Below are positions 10,401-21,147 of a stretch of DNA of 64,000 bases, in pieces. Within the stretch, counting starts at the first letter, position 1; every line of letters begins with the position of its first letter. The DNA comes from an uncultured Acidobacteriota bacterium (GTDB taxonomy: Bacteria; Acidobacteriota; Blastocatellia; RBC074): contig CAWCKY010000006.1 of NCBI GenBank assembly GCA_963796275.1, forward strand, positions 1,120,001-1,184,000. Reading direction: 5' to 3'. The position numbers were made by a program, and so were the translations under genes. The notes beneath the pieces are model-generated. The model made no database searches. It was not told the origin of the DNA and saw nothing but the letters and a program-made list of their open reading frames with translations.

Positions 10401-10915
10401 CCCGGAACGAGGAGCGCGAGATTCGAATAGGTTCGCCCGATGACGGGAAGATTGACGATCTGTCGCTGGTTGATGACCTGGCCCTTCGAACTCGAGTCGG
10501 TTTCAAGCAGCGGGGCGGTGTCGGTGATCGTCACCATCTCGCTGGCGGCGCCGACTTGCATGGTCAAATCGACGCGCTGCCGCGCTTCCACGGTAACTGT
10601 TACCTGCTCGATGACGGCAGTGGCAAAACCCGTCAACTCCGATGTCACACGATAATTCCCAATCTTCACTGAGGAGAAAAGGAAATCGCCGTTTTCGTCC
10701 GTGAGCGTGGTAGAGGTGATTCCGGTGGCTATATTTTTTAGCGTAACCGTTGCGCCCTGCAGCAACGCGCGGTTTTGATCGCGCACCGTTCCGAGCACGG
10801 TAGCCGTTTCAAATTGCCCATATGCGTTTTCAGCGCCGGCTGTGAAGAACAGGCCGAGTGTGAAGATTATCGGAAAGAGAACAGTAAAAAGATTTGATGA
10901 CCGGTCCGGTCCCAT
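7481..10915 (-). CDS. TonB-dependent receptor (Oar/carboxypeptidase-regulatory-like type)
   Basis: GTVRDQ...GATVT N-domain, NNFLIDGIDN, YSAEYGRTGG, VQDDFKLNPKLTINAGLRYE, C-terminal PRIIQFALKFHF. Confidence 0.92.
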   Translation of the reverse strand: MGPDRSSNLFTVLFPIIFTLGLFFTAGAENAYGQFETATVLGTVRDQNRALLQGATVTLKNIATGITSTTLTDENGDFLFSSVKIGNYRVTSELTGFATAVIEQVTVTVEARQRVDLTMQVGAASEMVTITDTAPLLETDSSSKGQVINQRQIVNLPVIGRTYSNLALLVPGVRQSQSGNQGDISFRREGSYNVNGLRSVYNNFLIDGIDNNFYGTTNQGFSNQAAQPSPDSVAEFRMSVNSYSAEYGRTGGAVMNVSTRSGTNQFHGAVWDYLQNTALNATGFFRPPDGRKPQVNRNQFGFVFGGPVFKDRTFFFLDYEGSRWIQSPFQLATIPSLDQRRGILRSSDPTVRADVVVPYDFIDSNGALIRAGTLYPEGTPVPMTSFARTVLENLPAPNRTVGSNFGGFARNRLLEDKGALKLDHKFTEKLTGFARYSHRRQTIEQPGLITGFSGGNAIGNLVTYNQQGIAGVTYIVSNDSALDYRFAVSRLGMDRLPALVGGPSMNDLFGITGLPEGPRVQGGVTPQDIPGFSRIGRQSTNPQSQFPTTINSRVNYSKLLGRHSLKTGYEYLALNQDVDDTNPLYGLDLYGGGFSRPGVGMAPAVNYALADFYFGARSQYQFATQFIAQMRQRFHYWYVQDDFKLNPKLTINAGLRYELVTPVYDADDNLANFDPETREIILASDGSISERALRNLDKNNFAPRIGLAYQLRNKTVIRAGYAIGYNYWNRMASAELLNTNAPFVTRASVQNDRSQIGNICTGNNFTGCFRRTQDGYPDNLLTSPGSVILYMPRDFPWSYVQNWHLTIQHQITRNILIDVGYAGNRAIKLPQLADLNQARPLTQAELLPGVRQPTLLERRPIQGVTVPGFGLVPAGNITSSLPTGFSNYNALQIKVEHRGRTLQLLNSFTYSKAIDNSSQVLEVSNGGAPTPQNLYDVSNDKGPSSFDQRFNNTTSVVWDVPAGKGRNINLPPVLDFIIGGWVASSTITLTSGQPLNLRYGDTDGRVSDNQPDFLGGVALRPNLGPDGGILSTADQRQALGLERYDYYFNAPNIAIPTRDQPFGNIGRNAVYGFPFYQVDFGIQKNFPFRFINESSRLEFRTEFFNLFNKTNFGAPTVDRRSGAFGRVSSTFDPRIIQFALKFHF

Positions 10916-11380
10916 TTATCCCTCCATGGTTTTTGTTCGTATGGATTTGATTGTCGTTTAATTTAATTAGCTAATCAGAATATTTCATGGCCGTTATGTT
11001 TGGCTTAGCAAAACTTCAACTCGATGTTAAATGCTGTCTCGGCGGCACTATAAAAGCAAAAAAAAGAAAAATCATCAACAAAGACAAAAATTTTTGCCCC
11101 GTTTGCCATTTTCGCCCGTTTTGCTCGGTGGAGAGCACAGAGCGGTAGTTTCGTTTGAAATTACTTTTAGCGAGCGTAGTTTGCAGATTTGGTGGTAGAA
11201 TTCGGAACACGAAACAAACGAAAATAAGATAGACGAGACAGACGAACGAAAAACACCTACCATTTTCGTTTATACCGTATTTTTCGTTTCTATCGTATTC
11301 TCTCTTTATTCTTCATCGGCGATTGCGGTCTGATCGCTTAAACGTTCATCAAATCTATCAACAATAAGGGAGGAAGCTCT

Positions 11381-12604
11381 ATGTCGGAAAACATCAAAAG
11401 AAGACATTTTATGGCCAGTGCTGGCATCGCCGGCGCGAGCCTGCTGACCGCAAAATCCTACGCTCGCGTTATCGGCGCAAACGAGCGAATACAACTCGGC
11501 ATTATCGGGTCGGGCGGTCGCGGCCGCAGTTTGATGGGTTCGTTCAAACAATTTTCCGATCTTTGCGAATTCATTGCCGTCTGCGATGTCTATGAGCCGA
11601 ACGTCAATGCCGCATTGAAGCTTTCGCGCGAAAACGCCAAAACGACGGTCGATTACAAAGAGCTGCTCGCCAACAAGGATGTCGTCGCCGTGGTCAATGG
11701 CACGCCCGATCACTGGCATTCCAGTGTCCTGCTCGATTCGGTAGCCGCAGGCAAGGATGTTTACACGGAGAAACCGTTCTCATATTCGATCGAACAGGGA
11801 GTGAAGATGGTTAAGGGAGTGCGGGGAACTAAACAGATCGTGCAGGTAGGCATGCAGCGCCGTAGCTCGGAAGCAGTGCGAGGCGCCAAAAAATTGGTCG
11901 ATGACGGCGTCCTCGGCGAAATCGTGCTCGCGCGCGCTCAGTGGTACTGGAACCGCAAGCCCATGCCGGCGAAGTTGGAGCTCAAGGGCAAGCTCGACTG
12001 GGACCGCTTTCAGGGGCCGGCCAAGAAGCGCCATCCGCTCGACGAACGCCGGTTCTTTCATTGGCGCAATTTTTTCGATTACAACGGCGGGCACATGACC
12101 GATCAAGGGACACATCTGATGGACGTGATTCAGTGGTTCTGCAACGATGGCAATCCCCCGCGCTCGGCCGTTTGCCAGGGAATGATTCATGCGCACAAAG
12201 GCGGCGACGTGCCCGACACGTTCACCGCAGTTTTCGAATATCCCGCATTTTTAGCGACCTGGACTCTTTGCTACAGCAACTCCTATCACAATGGCTGGCA
12301 GATCATTCTGCAGGGACGTAACGCGACGATGGAGTTGGACGAAGATGGATATCGCGTTTTTCCCGAGCCGTGGAAAGAGACCAACGAGGCGCCCCCGGTC
12401 GTACACAATTACAAAGGCGGGATCCCGACAGAGCCGCACGTGAAAAACTTCCTCGAATGCATAAAGTCTCGTCAGGAACCCAACGCGCCGGTGGAAGTGG
12501 GCCATCATGCTGTCACCGGCCCGCATCTTGCCAACATGGCTCTGAAACAACAAAAACGAGTTGAGCTGAATGGTCTTGGATCGATCGCAAAAAACGACGG
12601 CTAG
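11381..12604 (+). CDS. Tat-exported Gfo/Idh/MocA oxidoreductase
   Basis: KRRHF twin-Arg signal; GIIGSGGRG; TPDHWH; GKDVYTEKP. Confidence 0.9.
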   Translation: MSENIKRRHFMASAGIAGASLLTAKSYARVIGANERIQLGIIGSGGRGRSLMGSFKQFSDLCEFIAVCDVYEPNVNAALKLSRENAKTTVDYKELLANKDVVAVVNGTPDHWHSSVLLDSVAAGKDVYTEKPFSYSIEQGVKMVKGVRGTKQIVQVGMQRRSSEAVRGAKKLVDDGVLGEIVLARAQWYWNRKPMPAKLELKGKLDWDRFQGPAKKRHPLDERRFFHWRNFFDYNGGHMTDQGTHLMDVIQWFCNDGNPPRSAVCQGMIHAHKGGDVPDTFTAVFEYPAFLATWTLCYSNSYHNGWQIILQGRNATMELDEDGYRVFPEPWKETNEAPPVVHNYKGGIPTEPHVKNFLECIKSRQEPNAPVEVGHHAVTGPHLANMALKQQKRVELNGLGSIAKNDG

Positions 12605-12639
12605 ACCTATAATCAACTTCTGTATAACTTTTTACTGGT

Positions 12640-12679
12640 CTGAAGGGAGAGGTAAACGAAATCGAGCTCCTCCCTTCAG
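12640..12679. terminator. Hairpin downstream of Gfo gene
   Basis: CTGAAGGGAG...CTCCCTTCAG 10-bp stem; no clear U-tract. Confidence 0.4.
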
Positions 12680-12884
12680 CTCCGGAATTAGCCCTTCAAA
12701 GTTAGTCAAGCCCACTAGACCCTTATTTTGATGTAATGTTAGCCTACACAAATCACTGAGGCAGTGTTGTATTTCAATTCGAAATAATTCTTAAAAACCC
12801 GGTCTTCAAATAGCGCCTATCTCTCAGTGCTTATCACGGCAAGCAAAAATAGGCCGGGCGGAAAAAGATATTTCTCTTATTGGA

Positions 12885-12899
12885 TGGCATGCTAATTGC
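12885..12899 (+). promoter_or_regulatory. Sigma54 (-24/-12) promoter
   Basis: TGGCAT-GCTAA-TTGC matches TGGCAC-N5-TTGC. Confidence 0.65.
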
Positions 12900-12976
12900 C
12901 TTTTTAGCTTAGAAGAAAGTTAGGTTAATGCCCATAAAACATTAGAGAGAAAGAAGTCCGGAGCCGCGTTGAGATT

Positions 12977-13129
12977 ATGAACTTTCTTGAGACTCTCATT
13001 GAAATATTGTTGTACTTACCGATTCTTATCATTCCGATTGGATTGCTCTTCTGGTACGCGTTCGTCGCGAGAGGCAGAAGTGAGAAGGCCGAACTGACAG
13101 CGGAGAAATCCGAAGAGCGTGATGTCTGA
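12977..13129 (+). CDS. Small single-pass membrane protein (50 aa), absent from ORF track
   Basis: MNFLETLIEILLYLPILIIPIGLLFWYAFVARGRSEKAELTAEKSEERDV; hydrophobic helix plus charged tail; about 78 nt after the sigma54 motif. Confidence 0.55.
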   Translation: MNFLETLIEILLYLPILIIPIGLLFWYAFVARGRSEKAELTAEKSEERDV

Positions 13130-13309
13130 GTAACCCCACACCTTCCTGCGACCTGATTTCTTGAATAACTTTATCTCAACTATTTCGCGATCTCGATAAG
13201 ATAAATGAGAGTATGTCTGGCGTACCGACATCCGCCTCAGATGACGAAGCCCGTTTCGGCAGAGGAAATCAGACAATCAGCGTCGTAAAAAGCAGACGTC
13301 GTGGTTGAG

Positions 13310-14521
13310 CTACTTACCGGCTGAGTCCGTTCGATAATCGCGCCACAGCCAGCGCAGCGAATCAGGTAGGATCGCGCGCCCGTGCTTATCGCTGTGAAAG
13401 CCGTTACCGTATTCGAACTTGTAATCGTAGCCGGCAAATGCCAGAGCTTTGGCCATCTGCTGATTGGCGAGCGGCCAATTGCCGTTACGATTGTCCAGGT
13501 CATTCGATCCGTCCTGCAAAAAGATGCGAATGGGTTTTTTCGGTGTTTTGCGGATGAGTGCGGGGTAGTTGTGACCGCCTTCGCGCATTGTCGGGCCGTT
13601 AGCGATATTGACGAAGCTGCCTACCCACGACAGCACTTTGCTGAATTCGTTCGGACGTTCCCAGGCCACTGTCCACGCGCAGATCCCGCCGCTGCTGCTG
13701 CCTGCGATCGCGCGGCTCGCCGCATCTTGACGAAGTTTATATGTTTTCCCGACCTCCGGCAGGATCTCTTCAAGCAGGAAACGGGCGTATTGGTCGCTCA
13801 ACGTATCATATTCAAAACTTCTGTTTCGCTTGCCATCCGCCTTCACCCCTGGTGCGAGGAAGATGCCGATTGTCACGGGCATATGGCCTTTCGCGATCAG
13901 ATTGTCGAAGACAACCGGCGCGTATTTCTGTGCATTCTGCCCATCTTGAAAGACCATAACGCACGCCGGTTCTTCAGGTTTGTATTGCGCGGGAGCATAG
14001 ACCCACCAGTCGCGCGTCGTGTCTTCGAAAATTTTGCTAGACCATTTCGGCATCTGGGTCAATTTACCTTGTGGCACGCCGGTATTTTTGCGGCTGTCGG
14101 GATGTGTCGAATAGACTTCGAGGTTGCGATCCTTAAACTTTTGATCGCCGATCTCATAATGCCATATCATCGCTCCTCCCCACGGTAACCCGGCGATTCC
14201 GCAATAGAGATCGGTACTCCCTATCCTGGTCAGAGGCAGGCTGAATTTCCCATCGACCGAGACTACACGCGGTTCGGATTTTGCGCCCGGCGCTTCGATC
14301 GCCCAGACAACCGCCAATTCATCGATGATCGCATCGGCGCCCGCCCGCAAATCAGCGTCTTTGAAATATGCACGTATCCTGCGGGCGACCTGTTCTGCTT
14401 CCGCGCCGCGCGGATTCGCGGCTATCGCGGCGCTAAGCGATTTCGGTGATTCATCCTGAATAGCGATGGGGATGAACGACGAGAGCAAAGTGAGAACCAA
14501 GAAAATCCTCGTAGTCATCAT
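13310..14521 (-). CDS. Secreted alpha/beta-hydrolase esterase (enterochelin esterase Fes-like)
   Basis: RDWWVYAPAQY, VFQDG, NRSFEYD, nucleophile elbow GSSSGG, GFHSDKHG; signal peptide. Confidence 0.85.
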   Translation of the reverse strand: MMTTRIFLVLTLLSSFIPIAIQDESPKSLSAAIAANPRGAEAEQVARRIRAYFKDADLRAGADAIIDELAVVWAIEAPGAKSEPRVVSVDGKFSLPLTRIGSTDLYCGIAGLPWGGAMIWHYEIGDQKFKDRNLEVYSTHPDSRKNTGVPQGKLTQMPKWSSKIFEDTTRDWWVYAPAQYKPEEPACVMVFQDGQNAQKYAPVVFDNLIAKGHMPVTIGIFLAPGVKADGKRNRSFEYDTLSDQYARFLLEEILPEVGKTYKLRQDAASRAIAGSSSGGICAWTVAWERPNEFSKVLSWVGSFVNIANGPTMREGGHNYPALIRKTPKKPIRIFLQDGSNDLDNRNGNWPLANQQMAKALAFAGYDYKFEYGNGFHSDKHGRAILPDSLRWLWRDYRTDSAGK

Positions 14522-14753
14522 TGTTTCCTCTTAGTTTTTCTTCGTTTTCTGTCGATGTGATGATAATGATTGGTGAAGCAGTGCAATCTATCACGAAACT
14601 GCAGTATTTCAAAAGTTAGGCCCCTGTGCTATCTTTTGCATCGATCTATTGTCAAACAATAATTCAATATAAAGAGGAAATCTAAGAGGAAATCTAAGAG
14701 AGGAAAATGTTCTTATTTTCCTGTCGTACAAGTTCCTACGTGTCAGGAGTCAT

Positions 14754-17700
14754 ATGTCGCGAATGATCAAATTCCTGATCTGCGGCCTTTTTGCCATCGC
14801 CGTCGTCTACCAGGTGATCACGTGTCAGCCTCGCGCCGCTGCGCAATCTCGCGTTGATTTCAAACGCGACGTCGAACCGATCTTTGCTCAGGCATGTCAT
14901 CAATGCCACGGCGCAAAGCGAGTTCTGGGAAAATTGCGTCTTGATAACAAGGGTATGGCTATGAAGGGAGGCTTTTCAGGTCCCAGCATCCTGCCGGGGA
15001 ACAGTAAGGAGAGCAGGTTGATGCAGCGGATCCTGGGTGAAGGCGATGAAGTTCAGATGCCGATGGGCGGGGACCCGCTCAAACCCGAGCAGATAGAGTT
15101 GATCCGTAAATGGATCGATGAAGGCGCGCATTGGCCTGATTCCGTGGAGAAAGCCGAAATCCCCTGGCATTGGGCATACATCAAACCGCATCGACCCGAA
15201 TTGCCAGGTGTCAAAAACAAGAGCTGGGTGGGCAATCCGATTGATGCCTTCATTCTGGCGCGACTTGAAAGTGAAGGTTTGCAGCCGTCGCCGGAAGCGA
15301 ATAAAGCCATATTGCTGCGCCGCGTCTACCTGGACCTTACCGGGCTGCCTCCCAGTGTGGAAGAGGTGGATGACTTCCTGGCTGACAGCTCGCGTGATGC
15401 CTATGAGAAAGTAGTTGACCGATTGCTCGCGTCGCCCGGCTATGGCGAGCGGTGGGCCCGCCCGTGGCTCGACCTCGCACGTTATGCCGACTCAAATGGA
15501 TATGAGGCCGATCATCCCCGGGTCATGTGGAAATACCGCGATTGGGTGATCAACGCCCTCAACCGGGATATGCCCTTTGATCAATTCACCATCGAGCAGA
15601 CCGCCGGAGACATGCTTCCCGGTGCGACGACCGATCAACGTATTGCGACGGGGTTTCACCGCAATACGATGGTCAATATGGAAGGCGGGATCGATCCCGA
15701 AGAAAATCGCTTTGAAATATTGGTCGATCGCGTTAACACGACGGCGACCGTATGGCTGGGATCGACCATTGCCTGCGCCCAGTGCCATAACCACAAGTAC
15801 GACCCATTTTCGCAAAAAGAGTACTATCAATTGATGGCCATCTTCGATAACTCCGAATATAAAATCGATGGTGGTACACATAGCCGGCACGTTTACGAGC
15901 CGCAGTTGAGCCTGCCTACCACTGTTCAGGCGGCGAAACAGAAAGTAATGGAAGGGGAATTGAAACGGCTAGAAACGAAGCTCAAGCAGCAAACGCCGGT
16001 GCTCGATGCCGCGCAGGTGAAATGGGAAATCGGGCAAATAAACGAAAAAGATGACTGGACCGTTCTCAATCCCACCGAGTTGGCTTCTACCGGGGGCGCA
16101 ACGCTGAAAGAGCTGGGAGACGGATCGGTCCTCGTGAGCGGGGCGAAGGCCGAGCAGGATATCTATACGGTCACCGCCAGGACGGGGTTGAATGGGATCA
16201 CCGGCATCCGCCTCGAGGCTCTCCCCGACGAAAGTCTGCCGAAAGGCGGACCGGGGCGCGATCCTTATGGCAATTTCTTTTTGACAGGAATTGAAGTCCT
16301 CGCCGCCCCGATCTCAGGGGCAGCTAAACGGGCGGTCCGTTTCGATAAAGCGCTGGTGGACGATGCGGCATATGGAGTTGCCGTCAAGGAGTTCTTCGGC
16401 GGCGAATCCGTAAATGTCGCTACCGATCAACCGCCCGGATGGTTCGTCAATGCGACAAACGATCAGACGCGGCTTGCGCGTCAGGGAGTCTTTGTCCCCG
16501 AGAAGCCATTTGGATTGGAAGGGGGGACAATTCTGACGATCGGGTTAAAACATCTGGGTGGATCGCTCAATCAGGGCATCGGCAGGTTCCGCCTATCTGT
16601 GACGACTGACGCAGAGCCGGGCCGCATTGTGGGCATACCGGCGCGCATGCGCCAGATACTTGCGATCCCGGCGGATTCCCGCACGAAGAAACAGGCCGAG
16701 GATTTATCCGGGCAATTCCGCGCAGTTACCCCTCTGCTCAAGTATGAGCGGGAACGGATAACGCAATTGAAAAAAGATATGAGGGCCCTGGGTATAGTTA
16801 CTGCGCTGGTGATGCAGGAGCGCAATTCGCCCGGCCCCCCTTCGACCTTCATCCGCGAACGAGGAAGCTTTTTGAATAAAGGCGAGCAGGTCTTTGCGGC
16901 GACGCCGGCGGTGTTAAACCCGGCTGTGTTAGACCATGATACGGAAAAGGCGCCGATTAATCGGCTGGGATTGGCGCGCTGGCTGGTCGATGAAGACAAC
17001 CCTCTGACTACGCGCGTGACCGTCAACAGATTCTGGGAGCATATCTTTGGCCGCGGCCTCGTCGAAACGAGCGAAGATTTTGGCACCCAAGGCGAGCCTC
17101 CGACACATCCCGAGTTGCTGGATTGGCTGGCAGTAGAATTCATGCAGCCGACCTGGGGGAAGGCTGGAAGCGGTTCGGCGGAGCGGGGAAGCGGGCCGAA
17201 TAAACCCCAATCCGCAACCCGCGATTCCCGGTCACAAGCCTGGAGCATGAAGAGGCTGATTCGATTGATCGTAACCTCGTCAACCTATCGCCAATCGTCT
17301 GCGACAACTCCCGCATTGATCGAAAAAGACCCATACAATCGCTTGCTGGCGCACGGTCCGCGCTTTCGTTTGGAGGCCGAAATGATACGAGACGTTTCAT
17401 TGGCCGCGAGCGGATTGCTGAGCCGGAAAATCGGAGGGCCGAGCGTTTTTCCTTATCAACCGGAAGGTATCTGGAATAATCCATACAGCTCGGAGAAATG
17501 GATACTCAGTAAAGGTGGTGACCGCTATCGGCGCGGTCTCTATACGTTCGTTCGTAGATCTTCGCCATATCCCGCGATGATGACCTTTGACGCGACGAGC
17601 CGCGAATACTGCACGGTGCGCCGCGTACGCACGAACACGCCCTTGCAGGCATTGACTATGCTGAATGACGAAGCCGCCATGGAGGCGGCGCGTGCATTGG

Positions 17701-17978
17701 CGCAACGTATGGTCACCATTCGCGGAAAGAGTATCGATGAGCGAATAATCCATGGGCTGCGATTGTGTGTTGCGCGAATGCCCGATCAGAAGGAGGTGGG
17801 ACGATTGGTCGAGTTGTATCAGCAGCAATTGAGTTATTTCCGATCACACAAGACGGAGGCTGATAAGATCAATGGCGATCTGAAGGCATCGGCAAATCAT
17901 ACCGATGCCGAGCTGGCGGCGTGGACGATGGTGGCCAATGTGTTGTTGAATTTAGATGAGACGCTGACCAAGGGGTGA
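14754..17978 (+). CDS. Planctomycete cytochrome c + DUF1549 + DUF1553 (PSD1) protein
   Basis: [16 protein letters not shown]; NPIDAFI; [17 protein letters not shown]; [11 protein letters not shown]; [11 protein letters not shown]; [12 protein letters not shown]. Confidence 0.92.
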   Translation: MSRMIKFLICGLFAIAVVYQVITCQPRAAAQSRVDFKRDVEPIFAQACHQCHGAKRVLGKLRLDNKGMAMKGGFSGPSILPGNSKESRLMQRILGEGDEVQMPMGGDPLKPEQIELIRKWIDEGAHWPDSVEKAEIPWHWAYIKPHRPELPGVKNKSWVGNPIDAFILARLESEGLQPSPEANKAILLRRVYLDLTGLPPSVEEVDDFLADSSRDAYEKVVDRLLASPGYGERWARPWLDLARYADSNGYEADHPRVMWKYRDWVINALNRDMPFDQFTIEQTAGDMLPGATTDQRIATGFHRNTMVNMEGGIDPEENRFEILVDRVNTTATVWLGSTIACAQCHNHKYDPFSQKEYYQLMAIFDNSEYKIDGGTHSRHVYEPQLSLPTTVQAAKQKVMEGELKRLETKLKQQTPVLDAAQVKWEIGQINEKDDWTVLNPTELASTGGATLKELGDGSVLVSGAKAEQDIYTVTARTGLNGITGIRLEALPDESLPKGGPGRDPYGNFFLTGIEVLAAPISGAAKRAVRFDKALVDDAAYGVAVKEFFGGESVNVATDQPPGWFVNATNDQTRLARQGVFVPEKPFGLEGGTILTIGLKHLGGSLNQGIGRFRLSVTTDAEPGRIVGIPARMRQILAIPADSRTKKQAEDLSGQFRAVTPLLKYERERITQLKKDMRALGIVTALVMQERNSPGPPSTFIRERGSFLNKGEQVFAATPAVLNPAVLDHDTEKAPINRLGLARWLVDEDNPLTTRVTVNRFWEHIFGRGLVETSEDFGTQGEPPTHPELLDWLAVEFMQPTWGKAGSGSAERGSGPNKPQSATRDSRSQAWSMKRLIRLIVTSSTYRQSSATTPALIEKDPYNRLLAHGPRFRLEAEMIRDVSLAASGLLSRKIGGPSVFPYQPEGIWNNPYSSEKWILSKGGDRYRRGLYTFVRRSSPYPAMMTFDATSREYCTVRRVRTNTPLQALTMLNDEAAMEAARALAQRMVTIRGKSIDERIIHGLRLCVARMPDQKEVGRLVELYQQQLSYFRSHKTEADKINGDLKASANHTDAELAAWTMVANVLLNLDETLTKG

Positions 17979-17982
17979 GATA

Positions 17983-19419
17983 ATGAACGATCGAAACGAA
18001 CAATTGCAACAGTTTACGCGCCGCCACTTCTTCAGGCAAACGGGGTTTGGCATCGGAGCGATGGCCCTTTCGTCACTGTTCGGTGAAAAGATTTACGCCG
18101 GCGACGAAAACCCAACGCCGCGAGGACCGCATTTCCCGCCGAAGGCCAAAAACATCATCTACCTATTTATGGCCGGCGCGCCGTCGCAGCTCGACCTCTT
18201 CGATCACAAACCCAAACTCAAGCAGTATGACGGGCAGCCGATTCCGGAGGATTTCATCAAGGGTGAACGGTTTGCTTTCATCAAAGGAACCCCGCAATTG
18301 CTCGGCTCTCCGTTCAATTTCAGGAAGTGCGGTAAATCGGGCAACGAACTATCCGAATTACTGCCCAATCTGGCTGAGCACGCGGATGATATCGCGATCG
18401 TACGAACGCTTCATACGGCACAGTTCAATCACGCTCCCGCGCAGATTTTTATCAACACGGGGCACCAGATACCCGGGCGGCCGAGCTTCGGATCGTGGCT
18501 GATGTATGGTCTGGGAAGCGATAACAAAGACCTGCCGGGCTTTGTCGTTTTGCTTTCGGGAGAGAACAATCCAGATGGCGGCAAATCATGCTGGGGGAGC
18601 GGATTTTTGCCTACTGTGCATCAGGGCGTGGAGTTCCGTTCGAAAGGTGAGCCGGTGCTCTTCGTCGGCAACCCCGATGGAATGGAGAATGAGGTACGCA
18701 GATCGTCGCTCGATGCGATTCGCGACCTCAATAAGATGCGGCTCGACGTGACGGGCGATCCCGAGATCGACACGCGCATCGCCGCTTATGAGCTGGCCTA
18801 CCGCATGCAGACGAGCGTCCCCGAATTGACCGAAATCTCGAAAGAGCCGGCCAAGATTCACGAGATGTATGGAACTAGGCCGGGCGAAACTTCGTTTGCC
18901 AACAACTGTCTGCTCGCGCGCCGCCTGGTCGAACGCGGCGTGCGATTCGTCCAGCTTTATCACTGGGGATGGGATACTCACGGGAATTCGGTCGGCACGG
19001 ACATCGTCGGCAAGCTGCCGCGCATCTGCCGCGAAACCGACAGACCGATTGGCGCTCTCCTCACCGATTTGAAGCAGCGCAACCTGCTGGATGATACGAT
19101 TGTGATTTGGGGCGGCGAGTTCGGCCGCACGCCAATGAACGAAGCCCGCAATGGTTCGAAACTCCTGGGCCGCGATCATCATCCGCGGGCATTCTCCGTC
19201 TGGCTGGCTGGCGGCGGGATTAAACCCGGAGTGACTGTGGGTGAAACCGACGAACTGGGTTATAACCCGATAGCCGATCCGGTCGACGTTCACGATCTGC
19301 ACGCGACCATCCTGCACCTCATGGGTATCGATCATTCGAAGCTGACCTACAAGTTTCAGGGGCGCGAGTTCAGATTGACCGACGTACACGGAAATGTTGT
19401 GAACAAGCTGTTGGCTTAA
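17983..19419 (+). CDS. DUF1501 sulfatase-like protein, Tat signal
   Basis: TRRHFF; [19 protein letters not shown]; [14 protein letters not shown]; GGEFGRTP; GRDHHP. Confidence 0.92.
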   Translation: MNDRNEQLQQFTRRHFFRQTGFGIGAMALSSLFGEKIYAGDENPTPRGPHFPPKAKNIIYLFMAGAPSQLDLFDHKPKLKQYDGQPIPEDFIKGERFAFIKGTPQLLGSPFNFRKCGKSGNELSELLPNLAEHADDIAIVRTLHTAQFNHAPAQIFINTGHQIPGRPSFGSWLMYGLGSDNKDLPGFVVLLSGENNPDGGKSCWGSGFLPTVHQGVEFRSKGEPVLFVGNPDGMENEVRRSSLDAIRDLNKMRLDVTGDPEIDTRIAAYELAYRMQTSVPELTEISKEPAKIHEMYGTRPGETSFANNCLLARRLVERGVRFVQLYHWGWDTHGNSVGTDIVGKLPRICRETDRPIGALLTDLKQRNLLDDTIVIWGGEFGRTPMNEARNGSKLLGRDHHPRAFSVWLAGGGIKPGVTVGETDELGYNPIADPVDVHDLHATILHLMGIDHSKLTYKFQGREFRLTDVHGNVVNKLLA

Positions 19420-19609
19420 CCGCAATCGGGAGAGCAATTGAGAACATCGTCCTCGATAAGATCGGGTTGGCTTGCGAGTTCGCTTTACACATCGTGCAGA
19501 TTTATCGGAAACTGACCGAGCGAATATGTCCTGAGCAAGAATTTGTTGAGCGAATGGGCAATGACTAATGACCAATTCAATTAATCAAATGGCACGAAAG
19601 GAGCCGCTG

Positions 19610-20884
19610 ATGTCTGAATCAAACCGTTCTCGGAGGGAATTCATCACCCAAACTACCACTATAGCTGCGGGCGCGGCATTTACTGCTGCCAGCTGGAACA
19701 AAGTGCTTGGCGCTAATGATCGTGTGCGGCTTGGTGTCATAGGCACGGGTAATCGCGGCTCTGACGTGATGAGCGTGTTTCTGAAAGAGGCCGATGTGGA
19801 AGTCACCTCGATTTGTGACTGCTATGACAAACATCTGAATAATGCTCTCAAAATGACGGAGGGCAAGGCGAAGACCTATACGGATTATCGCGCGCTGCTC
19901 GACTCCAAAGATGTGGACGCGGTACTGGCCGCCACGCCAGATCCCTGGCATAAGCAGATGGCGATCGACGCTTGCAGGGCGGAAAAAGATATTTATATCG
20001 AAAAGCCGCTCACCTTCTCGATTGAAGAGGGCCACGAGATCGTAAAGGCAGTCAAAGCGTCGAACCGGGTGTTGCAGGTAGGGCTGCAACAGCGCAGCGG
20101 CGAGCATTACAAGATCGCCAAGGAAGAATATTTCGAAAAAGGCAAACTCGGCAAGGTCACGCTGGTGCGCACGTGGTGGCATGGCAACGGGTACCATCTG
20201 CGGACACCGAATTTCACCGAACAGCCTGCCGGTCTCGATTGGAAGGCCTTCCTCGGACCGGTGAAGTTCCGGCCATTCGATGCGCATCAGTTCTATAACT
20301 GGCGAGCCTATCTGGATTTCGGCGGAGGGCAGATCACCGACCTCTTCACGCACTGGATCGACGTGGTGCATTGGTTCATCGGTGAAGATTTGCCGGTTGC
20401 TGCGACGGCGGCAGGCGGCGTCTTTCATTACAACGATGGGCGCACCGCTCCCGACACTATCTCGATTCAACTTGAATATCCCGGCAAATGGGTGGCCACG
20501 TTCGATGCGACGCTCGTTCCCGGCGCGCGCGGGGCGGCGATCGAGTTTATGGGCTCGGAGGGAAATTTGTATATCGATCGCGGCGGGTTCAGGTATCAGG
20601 AAAAGGCCGTTCGTGGCGGACCGCCGGCGGAGCCGGTCGTGCACAGAAACACCAAGTCTCTCGAACAGCAGCACGTCAAGAACTTCGTCGCATGCGTCAA
20701 GTCCCGTCAACTGCCAAATTCCGATGTCGTCAGCGGACATCGTTCGGCTCTGGCTTCCCACCTGGGGAAGATGGCTTACCTGCAGAAGAAGCGCCTGACG
20801 TTCAACCCGATCAGCGAAAAGGATCACATCTTGAACCCCAATATGGCGAAAGCTCCGGCGAAAGCCAGCGATCCGGATAAGTAA
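19610..20884 (+). CDS. Tat-exported Gfo/Idh/MocA oxidoreductase
   Basis: SRREF signal; GVIGTGNRG; TPDPWH; KDIYIEKP; AAGGAG RBS before ATG 19610. Confidence 0.9.
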   Translation: MSESNRSRREFITQTTTIAAGAAFTAASWNKVLGANDRVRLGVIGTGNRGSDVMSVFLKEADVEVTSICDCYDKHLNNALKMTEGKAKTYTDYRALLDSKDVDAVLAATPDPWHKQMAIDACRAEKDIYIEKPLTFSIEEGHEIVKAVKASNRVLQVGLQQRSGEHYKIAKEEYFEKGKLGKVTLVRTWWHGNGYHLRTPNFTEQPAGLDWKAFLGPVKFRPFDAHQFYNWRAYLDFGGGQITDLFTHWIDVVHWFIGEDLPVAATAAGGVFHYNDGRTAPDTISIQLEYPGKWVATFDATLVPGARGAAIEFMGSEGNLYIDRGGFRYQEKAVRGGPPAEPVVHRNTKSLEQQHVKNFVACVKSRQLPNSDVVSGHRSALASHLGKMAYLQKKRLTFNPISEKDHILNPNMAKAPAKASDPDK

Positions 20885-21030
20885 ATTGCTGAGGAGGATG
20901 GGGAGACCGATGTCTCCTCATCTCCTCTCTCTCCTACCCTTCACCCCACCAGATTCAGGCCGGCCAGGCCACTTCACTTTACCGCGGATTACATGCGAAT
21001 ACAGCAGTCGCCCCCCGCACACCAATTTTT

Positions 21031-21097
21031 GAACATGTTCAGAATTTCTCTTGACTCGAACCTTCGTCCGGGAATAGGATATGTTTCGAACATGTTC
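21031..21097 (+). promoter_or_regulatory. Sigma70 promoter flanked by two GAACATGTTC palindromes (probable TetR operators)
   Basis: Palindromes at 21031-21040 and 21088-21097; TTGACT (21051-56), 18 nt, TAGGAT (21075-80). Confidence 0.7.
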
Positions 21098-21147
21098 AAA
21101 AGCGTTGTTTGCCGGCAGAGGTCGTTTGCAAGAAGAAAGGGGAAGAT

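Noticed and set aside
21031-21097. LexA/SOS box
   Set aside because: GAAC-N2-GTTC spacing does not fit GAAC-N4-GTTC; the adjacent TetR explains it better
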